Of a stretch of DNA of 64,000 nucleotides, positions 1 through 9,279 are shown in pieces. Location: positions 1 to 64,000 of the IMG/VR virus record IMGVR_UViG_3300023223_000669; one strand, given 5' to 3'. A model generated the notes under the pieces. That model was not told where the DNA came from, ran no database searches, and saw only the letters and a program-made list of their open reading frames with translations. Every line of letters starts with the position of its first letter. Position 1 is the first letter of the stretch. The stretch is from a virus. A program made the translations under genes and the position numbers.

Positions 1-922
1 GATGCGTGTTCGGAACATGCAGACGATTGCATACTTGATGTACCAAAGGCACACCAAGGGCCTCATGATTATAGTGATGCGGTAGATTATCGTCGTCCGT
101 TACGGCTTTTCCCAGGTCGTGGACCATCGCTGCAAACATAGCCTCGTCGTCACCACCGAGGCGTCTCGCCTCGTCAACGACGAGGAGAGTGTGAACGTAG
201 GCGTCCCCTTCGGGGTGGTACTTTTCAGGCTGAACGCGGCCCTTTAGAGCCGCAATTTCAGGCAGCACAATCTCCAGGGCACCCAGCTTATCGAGTGCCT
301 TGAAAAAGACAGAGGGTTTATCCGTACGGAGTGCCTTCTCAATCTCCATCCACAGGCGTTCGCCTGGAACGTCTTTGAGTTCGTCCAGCACCGGGATCGC
401 CGCCTCTACAAGCTCGTCCGTCACTTCCATATGTAGTTGAGCCGCGAATCTTGCAGCACGCAGCACACGCACCGGATCTTCCCCGAAGTGCGGTCCTACT
501 GGACGCAGACGACCAGCCTTGAGGTCTAGGACCCCTTTGTATGGATCGAGGATCGTCCCCGTGAACGGGTGCATGGCCATAGCATTAATCGTAAGGTCAC
601 GACGCTGGAGGTCTTGCTCTAGCGTTACATCGTTTACCTCATAGGCGAAACCATGATAGCCGGGACCTGTTTTACGCTCCGTACGAGCAATGGCAATCTC
701 AATGCCATCCTTCACAAATACAGGGAAGTCTGCCCCAACGACCTTGGCATCGTCCCCTAGTGCTTCTTTCACTAGGGCAACGTCAAGATCAACCACGACA
801 ATATCCCTATCCTTAGGTGCTCGCCCAAGTAGGGTATCCCTTACGTAGCCGCCCACATAGTAGGGCTTGCCGCCAGCGTCAACAATCAGTTGGCAGATAT
901 CTTTAGCTTTATCGTTCTTCAA
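1..922 (-). CDS. cca: CCA-adding enzyme (tRNA nucleotidyltransferase with HD domain), 3' end runs off the window
   Basis: Manual translation from TTG at 922: YYVGGYVRDTLLGRAPKDRDIVVV, IARTERKTGPGYHGF, DLQRRDLTINAMA, EDPVRVLRAARF, HPEGDAYVHT, HDLGK; these are class II CCA and HD motifs. Not in the ORF track because it is truncated. Confidence 0.93.
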   Translation of the reverse strand, partial: MKNDKAKDICQLIVDAGGKPYYVGGYVRDTLLGRAPKDRDIVVVDLDVALVKEALGDDAKVVGADFPVFVKDGIEIAIARTERKTGPGYHGFAYEVNDVTLEQDLQRRDLTINAMAMHPFTGTILDPYKGVLDLKAGRLRPVGPHFGEDPVRVLRAARFAAQLHMEVTDELVEAAIPVLDELKDVPGERLWMEIEKALRTDKPSVFFKALDKLGALEIVLPEIAALKGRVQPEKYHPEGDAYVHTLLVVDEARRLGGDDEAMFAAMVHDLGKAVTDDDNLPHHYNHEALGVPLVHQVCNRLHVPNTH

Positions 923-1235
923 AACGGCTGCACTCTTTCACGTACGCAACACCGATAGGTGGCGTAACTTCGATACCGTCTGGTCTCCAGTAGCAAATAG
1001 TCTTGATGCGTTTGTGTTCTACCGTATGTTCAATTAGCTCGGGTTCGTTTCTTTCATCCGGCATTTCGTCTTGGCCGAACTCGGTCAGCCGGAAGAGGTC
1101 TTCTTCTTCGCCCGATATGTGTTTGAGCCCTTGATGATAGACGTGTTCTTGTTGTGTTTCTAGTATCGTCAAACCATGCTTGCATCGCCAGCATAAGGTA
1201 GACTGCACATCGAGTTCTTTGGGTTCGTCATTCAT
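909..1235 (-). CDS. hypothetical protein (Cys-containing)
   Basis: 108-aa ORF tightly coupled to its neighbours; no motif recognised. Confidence 0.6.
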   Translation of the reverse strand: MNDEPKELDVQSTLCWRCKHGLTILETQQEHVYHQGLKHISGEEEDLFRLTEFGQDEMPDERNEPELIEHTVEHKRIKTICYWRPDGIEVTPPIGVAYVKECSRFEER

Positions 1236-1717
1236 GATGAGAAAACAGTCATGTCAGACCATTCGGTTTCGTCAGTGTGAGGTTGATAGTTATTGACGTG
1301 GCGATGAATTACATCAAGCGGAACGTCATGTTCATTACGCCCGAACAACACATCGGGATCCCAGGGGCCAGGAGTACGAATGATCTCGACTTCATAGTCA
1401 TAGATTTCGGCAAGCTCCAAGTATGCTTCCATTTCCCAATGAGCGATAAAAGTGTTGGCTACAATTACCAAGGGTACACCATGAAGCATACTACGTTCTG
1501 TTTGTAGCTGATTCCATTTGTGGGCGTCTTTCAGTTTGTTCAACCGAAAATGGTAGATTCCTTGTCTATCAGCCCAAAATTCATCAGTTTCGTGGAAGGA
1601 CGATAGCTCTCTGTTGTTGGATGAACACAAGTTGTGCTTAAGTCGTAGATGATTAGCAATCGTGCTCTTGCCTGTGCCAGATGCACCACGAATTAATATT
1701 AAATTACGTGTTTCCAT
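1232..1717 (-). CDS. P-loop kinase (AAA_33 / N4BP2-like polynucleotide kinase-type)
   Basis: LILIRGASGTGKST Walker A, VIVANTF, RNEHDVP motif; start taken at METRN. Confidence 0.8.
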   Translation of the reverse strand: METRNLILIRGASGTGKSTIANHLRLKHNLCSSNNRELSSFHETDEFWADRQGIYHFRLNKLKDAHKWNQLQTERSMLHGVPLVIVANTFIAHWEMEAYLELAEIYDYEVEIIRTPGPWDPDVLFGRNEHDVPLDVIHRHVNNYQPHTDETEWSDMTVFSS

Positions 1718-1913
1718 TGTTTTTTGATTTATCATCTACCCCTACTGTTTTGAAGGCGGCATCACGCAAAGGTTTGCCCGTGCATAGCCAGAATATGAAG
1801 CAACATACTGTCCACGCAATCGAGATAAACGTGCTGATCACGAACATCGTGACAACGAAGAATCCTACTAGGCAACAGATGAATAGGTATGCTACGAGAG
1901 CAGTTTCTAACAT
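1704..1913 (-). CDS. small membrane protein
   Basis: Hydrophobic MLETALVAYLFICCLVGFFVV; sigma70 promoter TTGACT-16-TATAAT ends 6 nt upstream. Confidence 0.6.
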   Translation of the reverse strand: MLETALVAYLFICCLVGFFVVTMFVISTFISIAWTVCCFIFWLCTGKPLRDAAFKTVGVDDKSKNNGNT

Positions 1914-1989
1914 GCCCTCATTATACCACAAAACAACGACTAGTCAAGAAAAATCTTGGTTTGTTGACAATCTTAGTGTATTTATCATC

Positions 1990-2400
1990 ATGCGGAGCAA
2001 ACCACACATCTGGAAAACGACATGTGGCATTGAACATAAACAATGTCACGATTGTAAGGAATTCAAACCTGTTACGACAGAGTTCTACTATTTTCGTAAG
2101 ATAGAGCCTTGCCACCCTTATGCTGCATGTAAAGTTTGCACGAAACTAAGGGCCGCCACTAGAGCACGAGGTAGGCGTCGTAGGCGTAAATTAGAGGCTA
2201 TCGAATACAAGGGTGGCAAATGTCAGGATTGTCAGCAGACGTTTCCTGTATGTGTATTCGATTTTCACCATGTTGATCCAAGTCAAAAAGACTTTACTAT
2301 TGGTGAACATATGGATATATCAGAGAAAAAACTTAGAGCAGAGCTGGACAAATGCGTCCTGCTCTGCTCTAATTGTCACAGAATGAGGCACGATACCTAA
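1990..2400 (+). CDS. HNH endonuclease (antisense to neighbours)
   Basis: YKGGKCQDC...FDFHHVDPSQKDF...ELDKCVLLCSNCHRMRH; start at MRSKP, downstream of TAGTGTAT. Confidence 0.85.
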   Translation: MRSKPHIWKTTCGIEHKQCHDCKEFKPVTTEFYYFRKIEPCHPYAACKVCTKLRAATRARGRRRRRKLEAIEYKGGKCQDCQQTFPVCVFDFHHVDPSQKDFTIGEHMDISEKKLRAELDKCVLLCSNCHRMRHDT

Positions 2401-2407
2401 GGCGTGA

Positions 2408-2851
2408 CTAGAATAGTTTTCCGCCCTCGCCTTCGGCGGCTACAGCGACTTCGGCTACAGCGACTTCGGCTGCAACGGGCTCATCCTCAATCGTCGCCGC
2501 GACGGCCGGGGCAGCGTTGCCAGCGGCGTTGCCAGTGAAGAAGAAACCACTAAAGTTTTCAAGCCGTACTTCGAGTCTGGAACGCTTGACGGTTTCACCG
2601 TCAACTTCTTGTTCCCAACGGTTTTGGATCAGCGTGCCACGCACGATGATTTGCTTACCCTTGGTCAGATGCTCAGCAATAACGAGTGCTTGTGCCTTGA
2701 AAGCAACGCAGTCCACAAAGGTCGTTTCCTTATAGTCACCAAAGCCGGTGTTAACGGCGATAGTAAATCGAGCGACTTTATTCTCGCCGTCAAAAAGTTT
2801 GGGGTCTTCTACGAGGTTACCCTGTAGAATGACTTGGTTCAGATTACTCAT
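2408..2851 (-). CDS. ssb: single-stranded DNA-binding protein
   Basis: LNQVILQGNLVEDP, FTIAVN, TTFVDCVAF, KGKQIIVRGTL; acidic/Ala-rich tail ending in F. Confidence 0.95.
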   Translation of the reverse strand: MSNLNQVILQGNLVEDPKLFDGENKVARFTIAVNTGFGDYKETTFVDCVAFKAQALVIAEHLTKGKQIIVRGTLIQNRWEQEVDGETVKRSRLEVRLENFSGFFFTGNAAGNAAPAVAATIEDEPVAAEVAVAEVAVAAEGEGGKLF

Positions 2852-2854
2852 AGA

Positions 2855-3250
2855 TTAATTGCCCGTAGCTAGCACGGGTTCTTGTGTGGGGGTTTCAGTA
2901 ATACGTTTGGCTGCCACAACTTCTGCCAACGCCTGTTCACGAGTCAGGCTACCAGCTTCGATGCGGGCATACTGTTCGCGGGAGACACGGAAGCGGCGAG
3001 GCGTACCGATAGCTGCCTCCACCTTTTCTGAGAAGTTATCTAGGGTGAGATCGGCGTCAAGATAGACACTATTCGGAATAGAGCCGGGACGACCTTGGAG
3101 TCTTTCAAGACCTCCACCTTCGATAAATTGCGTGAAGGCTTGATCGCGGGTCAACTGACCGTCAGCAATGAGAGCCTTCTGCTCGCGGGTTACACGGAAA
3201 CGAAAGCCAGTGACCCTCGCGAAGCTGTCGAGTGTTAGATTTTCTGTCAT
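2855..3250 (-). CDS. hypothetical protein with an internal duplicated motif
   Basis: LTLDSF..RFRVTREQ..LTRDQA and LTLDNF..RFRVSREQ..LTREQA. Confidence 0.7.
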   Translation of the reverse strand: MTENLTLDSFARVTGFRFRVTREQKALIADGQLTRDQAFTQFIEGGGLERLQGRPGSIPNSVYLDADLTLDNFSEKVEAAIGTPRRFRVSREQYARIEAGSLTREQALAEVVAAKRITETPTQEPVLATGN

Positions 3251-3493
3251 TTGATTTTATCTCCTACAGGGGAGTTCAACGGTTCAATACATTATGACCT
3301 GTTCCCTGTAGAATGTAAGGGACTTTTTCAAGTTTTCGTAGAGACGACCGGGGTCGTCTTATCGAACGGGGATATGGGGTGTTTTGACAAATTCGGAGAA
3401 GGTGTGTTTTGGGGATTTTGGCTATTCATGGCCTTTACTGTGTGAATCCCACAAAATGCTACGAGCGTGGATATTCACTATAGGCACATTTTT

Positions 3494-4579
3494 CTAATGC
3501 AACTCAGTTCCTCCCTTTCGGGTCAAATACTCGCTTGACAGGATTTTGAAGATCATTCGCTTAGGATTGGGATCTTGTGTACCTTTACCCCAAGTGAGTT
3601 CTTGCACCATTGGCCGAATCACAATTCCTTCGCGAATATGGCTATCGTCAAGCCGTGTGTCGCCCTCGGCCTCTTCAAGCAATTGCTCGAAATCGAAGAC
3701 TCCGCGTGTGATCACGGGAACCAGCGGAATGCCGAACATTCCGGTTAGATGTTCCAGCGACATCCAATTAATATATTCGCCGTTCACAGCAATGTCGAAT
3801 AGGCGATATCCTTTCTCCGTCTTGGCTCCGTAATGTAAGTCTTGCACGCCCGCTCCGAAAATTTCCCCGAAGAAGATGACGGAGTTGATTCGTCCTTCTT
3901 CCTCGTCACGATGTTCTTCGAGCCACAGGACGACGTGAGCCATTGCTTCGCCGTACAAATCCATAGGCAAGCCATAGATGCCGCAATCGTCGGGGTCACG
4001 TTGCGTCTTGTGCGTTCCTACGACGAGATCGAGCATATCGACCATGCCCTCTTCGGCATTTCGTACCCAGCCAACACGACTATTCGTGCCATGAATCTTC
4101 TCTGTTACGACGAGTGGCTCGCCGTAACAAAGTCTGTCGGGGTGATTGCGGAGATTTTGGATATTCGTGTAGTTGTGGAAAAGTGGGTGTTGCTTTCGTA
4201 CCTGACCCGCCCCAAGATTCTGCGGAGGATCATATTTAACGATACCGTAATAATCTGCAAGATCTTCCCCAATCTCTGCCCCGGTATTGTTAGGGACCAG
4301 AAATCCGAAGCTAACTACGCCCCGTAGGCGTGCAGCACGCACCCTGCCTTCCCTGGCGTTTTTACGCCACGAGAGATACTTGGTCACGTCCCATTCATCA
4401 GCCCGATCTCGCGGTATCATGCTTTCGGGCTGCACATGGACTACAACGTCGCCTGCGTCGTGATTGCCTTTTCCGGTAATCACTTCCCAACCGCCCACGA
4501 CCGCAATTTCTAGTCTGTCAGCGTTCGGGTGTGGTTTGATAGCATCAATTTTGATGGGTTGTACGACTAGATCACTCAT
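3494..4579 (-). CDS. RNA ligase, DRB0094/Rnl2-like, with N-terminal OB (tRNA-binding-like) domain
   Basis: IKPHPNADRLE N-terminus; motif I TEKIHGTN; FGEIFG; REGIVIRP; FKILS. Confidence 0.9.
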   Translation of the reverse strand: MSDLVVQPIKIDAIKPHPNADRLEIAVVGGWEVITGKGNHDAGDVVVHVQPESMIPRDRADEWDVTKYLSWRKNAREGRVRAARLRGVVSFGFLVPNNTGAEIGEDLADYYGIVKYDPPQNLGAGQVRKQHPLFHNYTNIQNLRNHPDRLCYGEPLVVTEKIHGTNSRVGWVRNAEEGMVDMLDLVVGTHKTQRDPDDCGIYGLPMDLYGEAMAHVVLWLEEHRDEEEGRINSVIFFGEIFGAGVQDLHYGAKTEKGYRLFDIAVNGEYINWMSLEHLTGMFGIPLVPVITRGVFDFEQLLEEAEGDTRLDDSHIREGIVIRPMVQELTWGKGTQDPNPKRMIFKILSSEYLTRKGGTELH

Positions 4580-4583
4580 TTTA

Positions 4584-5202
4584 TCAAAATATAGTTACGA
4601 GAATATCGTCTACTTTGTCTTCTAGATCCCAGGCTTCACCATGCCAGCGGAGTACGGTACCGTCGGGATTGATACATACTACAGGATTGTTGTTTTCGAG
4701 TTTTTCAACCAAAAGGCTGAGATCTTTTGTACCTACTCCAATCACAATCTCATCATCAGAGTAGAATATCGCGTCTTGGTCATAGCGAAAATGACAGGCA
4801 ACACGATTAGACAATAGGAGACGCTCGTTGGGCTGACCCAGAATGCGGCCAATAAAACGACAGATTTCGATGAATTGTTCTTCCTTCATGTTATAAGTCT
4901 ACAATTTTTCCACTGATTGTATAATCATTGATTAAAGGTCGATCAAGCAATTCATAACAAAACAGAAGACGTTCTCCAGCCCGGCCAATGAATCTACCGG
5001 GTTTCCTAGGCATTTCTTCTCCTAGTTTGTACCATTTTAAAGTACGCTTTTGTGGAGACATTTGGTCATCGACTAATGTGTATAGATACGATACGCCGCG
5101 TCGTGTTTGAGAAAGCGACAATATATCAGCAGGATATCCCAGCATGAGCACTTGCTCGTCCTGGTCGTCCATTTTGATTTTCTGGATGCTACGCATTGAC
5201 AA
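4584..5202 (-). CDS. two hypothetical proteins (4584-4889, 4891-5202)
   Basis: Adjacent co-oriented ORFs of 101 and 103 aa; no motifs. Confidence 0.55.
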
Positions 5203-5293
5203 CTTGGGATCAAACGTGATTAGCTAGAAGCAGCAGTACTGTCATGCCGCTGGTATGTTTTTTGCCGTCGAATGATACTTGCATAATGTATAC

Positions 5294-5373
5294 TGGTCCC
5301 GGGAGTAGGAATTGCACCTACCTGCTACTAACTACTCTTTCAACCGTGTATCGGACGGAGGAGATATCCCGGG
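5294..5373 (-). ncRNA. atypical tRNA-like element
   Basis: Acceptor CCCGGGA/TCCCGGG + A + CCA; T-arm GTAGG-TGCAATT-CCTAC; no canonical D or anticodon arm. Confidence 0.55.
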
Positions 5374-5382
5374 GATTTCAAT

Positions 5383-5390
5383 TAGTGTAT
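5383..5390 (+). promoter_or_regulatory. putative phage late promoter motif TAGTGTAT (also at 1974, 16621, 19130, 22002, 26093, 32019)
   Basis: Same 8-mer 9-24 nt before the ATG of six isolated plus-strand genes (the 16621 copy lies about 130 nt upstream). Confidence 0.75.
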
Positions 5391-5409
5391 TATTATATAG
5401 GAGACAATT

Positions 5410-6192
5410 ATGGTTATAATTAATGGCGATCTTATTCCGTTTGCTAGTGGTTTAGGCCATCTGGGCGTAGACGGTAGTGTTGGTGATGCCACAGGTGGCT
5501 TTGATATCTCGACACTTGCACCTTTTGGCCATATTCATATGCTATCGGGTGTTTGGCACGATCCTATGCAGGGTCAATCTGGTGTCATGCGATTCAATCT
5601 CGCAATGCAACGCTTTGAGGTGTCGGTTGATGGTGGATCGTCTTTTCAAGGTTTAACTACTGCTGGATCGGCTGTTAGCTCAGTTGGTGTTCTTGGTGGT
5701 GCTGATCTCACTGGTGACGTTGACCTCTCTCCTGCAACTGGTTCTGGTTTTATTGTAATCGGGGACACAGGCGGCACCAGTCCCATCACATTTGCAGTTG
5801 ATCAGCTTAGTTTATCTGGTCTTTGGGATTTCCCAACACAGGGTTTCAATGGTCGCGTTGTAAATGCATTAACAGATGATAATGGTACTGAGGCACAAGG
5901 CATCATCAACGTTGCTGGTGCATCAGGTGTTACCGTCGATATTATCGGTCAAACTTTGATAATTGCTCCTGCTGGCTCTGGTATCGCAAGATCCTACGCT
6001 CAGGATTTTAATGGCAAAAACATCACTATCACTCATAATCTCAATACAATTAATGTGATCGTTCAGGCCGTCGATGACAAATCGCCACCTAAGGTGTTAA
6101 TTCCTCACAACATTGAAATTGTCGATGTGAATGTTATTAACCTTAGATTTAATGGCAACCAAACAGGACGTGTGGTTGTTCTAGGGGGTTAA
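5410..6192 (+). CDS. probable virion structural protein (Gly-rich, tail/fibre-like)
   Basis: Gly/Ser/Thr-rich beta-type sequence, C-terminal TITHNLNT..VIVQ motif; TAGTGTAT and GGAG upstream. Confidence 0.55.
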   Translation: MVIINGDLIPFASGLGHLGVDGSVGDATGGFDISTLAPFGHIHMLSGVWHDPMQGQSGVMRFNLAMQRFEVSVDGGSSFQGLTTAGSAVSSVGVLGGADLTGDVDLSPATGSGFIVIGDTGGTSPITFAVDQLSLSGLWDFPTQGFNGRVVNALTDDNGTEAQGIINVAGASGVTVDIIGQTLIIAPAGSGIARSYAQDFNGKNITITHNLNTINVIVQAVDDKSPPKVLIPHNIEIVDVNVINLRFNGNQTGRVVVLGG

Positions 6193-6193
6193 G

Positions 6194-6748
6194 TTATCTA
6201 ATTCTTTGCGGCAACACAAATTCTCCGTTGTTCCGAACAACGTTGAGCATGATTGCTCGAAGCCGTTGATTATCATCCGGATATTTATCGTAGTATTGTT
6301 GACCTTTTCTCGTTAGCTTTTCTTTTTCTTCGGGGCAATCATCAAGTTCGGCAGGGCATACTTCCCAATTACCTTCAAAAACAAATTCCATGAGGCGTAA
6401 TTGGAATTCACTAAATATACCGTCGAGAAGCGTAACGATGTCTGTGGACATCACGTTCTTAACACTGTCATTGACTACTTCATTGAATCGATTAATATAT
6501 CCAATAAACACAGCCCCCATGGCACAAACACCACATGAAACCTTCTTGTCGTTTTTGAAAGTTTCTTGAAAGCTATGATCGAGATTGACTGCATCTTCAA
6601 AATACTGATGTGCATCATCGTAATATACACGACAATATATTCCAGTATCGGCTATCAGGCGTTTTAAACGCAATTGTGCGATAACGTCTTTCGCAATTGC
6701 CACGGCTTTTTTACGACGAGTTGCTGTCATTTTTATTTTAGTTTTCAT
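6194..6748 (-). CDS. hypothetical phage protein
   Basis: 184-aa ORF with CGVCAMGA motif. Confidence 0.65.
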   Translation of the reverse strand: MKTKIKMTATRRKKAVAIAKDVIAQLRLKRLIADTGIYCRVYYDDAHQYFEDAVNLDHSFQETFKNDKKVSCGVCAMGAVFIGYINRFNEVVNDSVKNVMSTDIVTLLDGIFSEFQLRLMEFVFEGNWEVCPAELDDCPEEKEKLTRKGQQYYDKYPDDNQRLRAIMLNVVRNNGEFVLPQRIR

Positions 6749-7139
6749 TGCCTTTTCTCATGTTGCAGTAAATGCACATTGTTTGTTGATTACTCAGGGC
6801 GTCGTTTCCGCCCTTCGAACGAGGTTGAATATGATCGCGTGTCATAAGGACCTCGCCTCCGCGAGAGCTAACGGCATAGAGATTCATGTGATACTTTGTC
6901 GCGTGAGTATCACGCTCCAGGGCGAAGTATTGAGCCTCGATACCACAGGCAACACAGGTGGTACCAGAGTAAGCGAAGACCCTGTAGCGTCTTCCAGCTA
7001 ATGAAATCCAAACATCTTTGTCGAACTTCTTCTTGACGTGGCCGCCTTTGCGGATCCATTCAATCACAAGTTCGACAGGATATACACTATGCCTATCGTA
7101 ATGATAGCTGTGTTTGGATCGTCTTGCTTCTAGTAGCAT
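6738..7139 (-). CDS. HNH endonuclease
   Basis: CVACG...MTRDHIQPRSKGGNDALSNQQTMCIYCNMRKGN. Confidence 0.85.
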   Translation of the reverse strand: MLLEARRSKHSYHYDRHSVYPVELVIEWIRKGGHVKKKFDKDVWISLAGRRYRVFAYSGTTCVACGIEAQYFALERDTHATKYHMNLYAVSSRGGEVLMTRDHIQPRSKGGNDALSNQQTMCIYCNMRKGNEN

Positions 7140-7146
7140 AGTTATT

Positions 7147-7233
7147 TGGAGGAGGGTAGAGAGAATCGAACCCCGAACCTTTTACAATCCCCCTGATGTT
7201 CAAAACCAGTTTGTCACCTTGACGGTACCCTCC
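7147..7233 (-). tRNA. tRNA-Ser(TGA)
   Basis: Cloverleaf GGAGGGT/ACCCTCC, loop TT-TGA-AC, long variable arm, CCA encoded. Confidence 0.9.
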
Positions 7234-7235
7234 AT

Positions 7236-7631
7236 TTATTGAATCAAACGCTTGATCTCAAGCCAGGCATAATATTCTGGGTTGAGAATTTGGCCGAGCG
7301 ATTCCTGGAACTTCGATAGCAAACCAATGCCGCTTACCAATAAAGTCACAATGCCACCGATCAAGACAAAAAATGTACCCGTGGGCTCGTCACCAGTAGA
7401 AAAGTAAGGCTTATGATTCTTCAACGTGGCATGTCGCACTAGCCATATACCAATGAGACAAACAACACTGAATACACATAAAGTGGTTGTGCCCGTAATG
7501 ATGGCTTGTTGTGTAAAGATTTCCCATAGATGTTCGGCAGCAACGCCAAGCTTCTCGGCTATTACATCTAGGCGGGTAAAAATCTCTTCTTTGAGAGTTG
7601 AGTCTACAATTTCAGCTTCTTGAATCTTCAT
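7236..7631 (-). CDS. membrane protein (2 TM)
   Basis: Two hydrophobic segments; NPEYYA motif. Confidence 0.65.
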   Translation of the reverse strand: MKIQEAEIVDSTLKEEIFTRLDVIAEKLGVAAEHLWEIFTQQAIITGTTTLCVFSVVCLIGIWLVRHATLKNHKPYFSTGDEPTGTFFVLIGGIVTLLVSGIGLLSKFQESLGQILNPEYYAWLEIKRLIQ

Positions 7632-8103
7632 TTACATCGGCCTCGGTATGCATTGTGGTTAGTACTTCGCCTATGCCCAGGTTGAGAATATGTTCTAGAA
7701 GCTTCTCGTGATTCCCATAGTAGGGATGATCTAGAAGCCCGTCAAACCATCCATACCATTTTTCATCAAGGATGACTTGAATCTCGCTCTTGGGGACCCG
7801 CTCGAAATAGTTACTGTCAACCCCGGCTTGCGGTCTGAGCTTGAGGCTCATGTTGCCTTTCCGGGACGTGGACGGGCGTGGGCCTTTTTGAGTATTTTGC
7901 TTACGACTCGCCCTGTCGGGCGAGGAGTCGTCTTTTTGGGTATGATTCGGCCCACCCCTGGCTGCATTTATTCTTTCTTGAAGGGCCTTCTCGGGAGAGA
8001 GCCCTCTGGTCATTTCGTCAGCGGTTCGCTTGAAACGCTTGGCCCCCGTCACTCGCTTGTAGCTGGCGAGGTCGGTGATTTCCTTGGCTTGTTGACTGTT
8101 CAT
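7612..8103 (-). CDS. hypothetical protein
   Basis: SYKRVTGAKRFKRT motif resembles the repeat in 2855-3250; start at MNSQQ. Confidence 0.6.
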   Translation of the reverse strand: MNSQQAKEITDLASYKRVTGAKRFKRTADEMTRGLSPEKALQERINAARGGPNHTQKDDSSPDRASRKQNTQKGPRPSTSRKGNMSLKLRPQAGVDSNYFERVPKSEIQVILDEKWYGWFDGLLDHPYYGNHEKLLEHILNLGIGEVLTTMHTEADVNEDSRS

Positions 8104-8452
8104 TACAAACGTTTTTCCAGATGACAGATGATAAGAGCCAATAATATCGCTGGCGAGGCTATCGCCAAGAAAAGATATGACCACCCATCCAAAAAGCTAG
8201 GTGTCTTGTCATCTGCATTCATAGTTATCTGCGTGTAGTTTGACGGCCGGTAAGCTTGAATTTGATTCTAGGATACCACTTGTTCCATTTCCAGCCAAAT
8301 ATCACGGCAAGGACTATACCAAAAGGAAAGATAGGAAGCATGGCAGTTGACACAAGCATAAGGGCTACCACGAGCCATGCACCTTCCTCAAACATGCTGT
8401 GAGTGTTCATGGTTACATTATACCACGCGAAGCGTGATAGTCAAGCAAAAAA

Positions 8453-8542
8453 TGGAGGTAGGTGTGGGATTTGAACCCACGGAGCCCCTAGGAGCCCTAC
8501 GGCTTAGCAAGCCGCTGCAATAGACCACTCTGCCAACCTACC
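8453..8542 (-). tRNA. tRNA-Ser(GCT)
   Basis: GGTAGGT/ACCTACC, GCGGC-TTGCTAA-GCCGT, long variable arm, CCA. Confidence 0.93.
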
Positions 8543-8556
8543 CAATTGTGTTGTAT

Positions 8557-8633
8557 TGGCACCGAGGGTGAGATTCGAACTCACGTCTTCCTGATTCAAA
8601 GTCAGGCGTCTTGGACCGCTAGACTACCTCGGA
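8557..8633 (-). tRNA. tRNA-Gln(TTG)
   Basis: CCTGA-CTTTGAA-TCAGG, TTCGAAT T-loop, CCA. Confidence 0.92.
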
Positions 8634-8636
8634 TTA

Positions 8637-8710
8637 TGGCGAGGCATACGGGAATCGGACCCGTCTCTTCGGATCGACAATCCGATATTTTACCGATAAA
8701 CTAATGCCTC
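8637..8710 (-). tRNA. tRNA-Asp(GTC)
   Basis: GAGGCAT/ATGCCTC, TCGGA-TTGTCGA-TCCGA, G73, CCA. Confidence 0.92.
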
Positions 8711-8716
8711 TTGTGT

Positions 8717-8791
8717 TGGTGCCGCCTCTAGGTACTGCCCCTAGACCCTCGGCTTTTCAGACCGACGTGCAGACTTCTACACCAAAGCGGC
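8717..8791 (-). tRNA. tRNA-Phe(GAA)
   Basis: TCGGT-CTGAAAA-GCCGA; non-canonical T-loop GGCAGTA; CCA. Confidence 0.88.
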
Positions 8792-8832
8792 TTATATTGA
8801 ATACTTCATTATACCATCGATATCATGGATTG

Positions 8833-9279
8833 TCAACTCGTTTCAGGATTTGTTTTTCTGATGTAATCTGTGGCAGAGAGTAGAATATCAATGTTTTCTT
8901 TGAACATACCCAAGCCAGTATTACATTGTTGACACAACCACCCTCGATGCTTACCTGTTTTATGATGATGATCAAAGTGTGTGCCGGGACGACGTTTGCA
9001 AATAGTACAATTACCATCTACTCTTTTTAAGGCAAGAGCATCTTTTAACTCTATACCATATTTAAATCTGAATTGACTTTCACGGCGTCTTTTAGGGTGT
9101 TTATCATAATATCGTTTAGAACGGCTACGACCATCTTTTTTATGTTTCTCTGTCCCCGCTTGTTTTAAATGGTAATGTATAGCTTGTCTACTAACACCAA
9201 GACGACGTGCAATTTCTGACTGCGAAATGCCTTCGTCATACATGCTGCTGATGCTAGACGAATTAAGTTTAGTATTCAC
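8833..9279 (-). CDS. HTH + endonuclease VII-type HNH endonuclease
   Basis: SQSEIARRLGVSRQAI HTH; KYGI...CTICK...FDHHHKTGKHRGWLCQQCNTGLG. Confidence 0.85.
   Translation of the reverse strand: MNTKLNSSSISSMYDEGISQSEIARRLGVSRQAIHYHLKQAGTEKHKKDGRSRSKRYYDKHPKRRRESQFRFKYGIELKDALALKRVDGNCTICKRRPGTHFDHHHKTGKHRGWLCQQCNTGLGMFKENIDILLSATDYIRKTNPETS

Noticed and set aside
1681-1989. N-terminal 103 aa of the 239-aa plus-strand ORF (likewise extensions at 31844-32047, 41323-41427, 62553-62774)
   Set aside because: They overlap real opposite-strand or other-frame genes and lie upstream of the promoter/SD; the true starts are internal.
2441-2475. 15-bp tandem repeat in ssb (GAAGTCGCTGTAGCC on the coding strand)
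   Set aside because: Encodes EVAVA repeats in the variable SSB linker; ordinary slippage.
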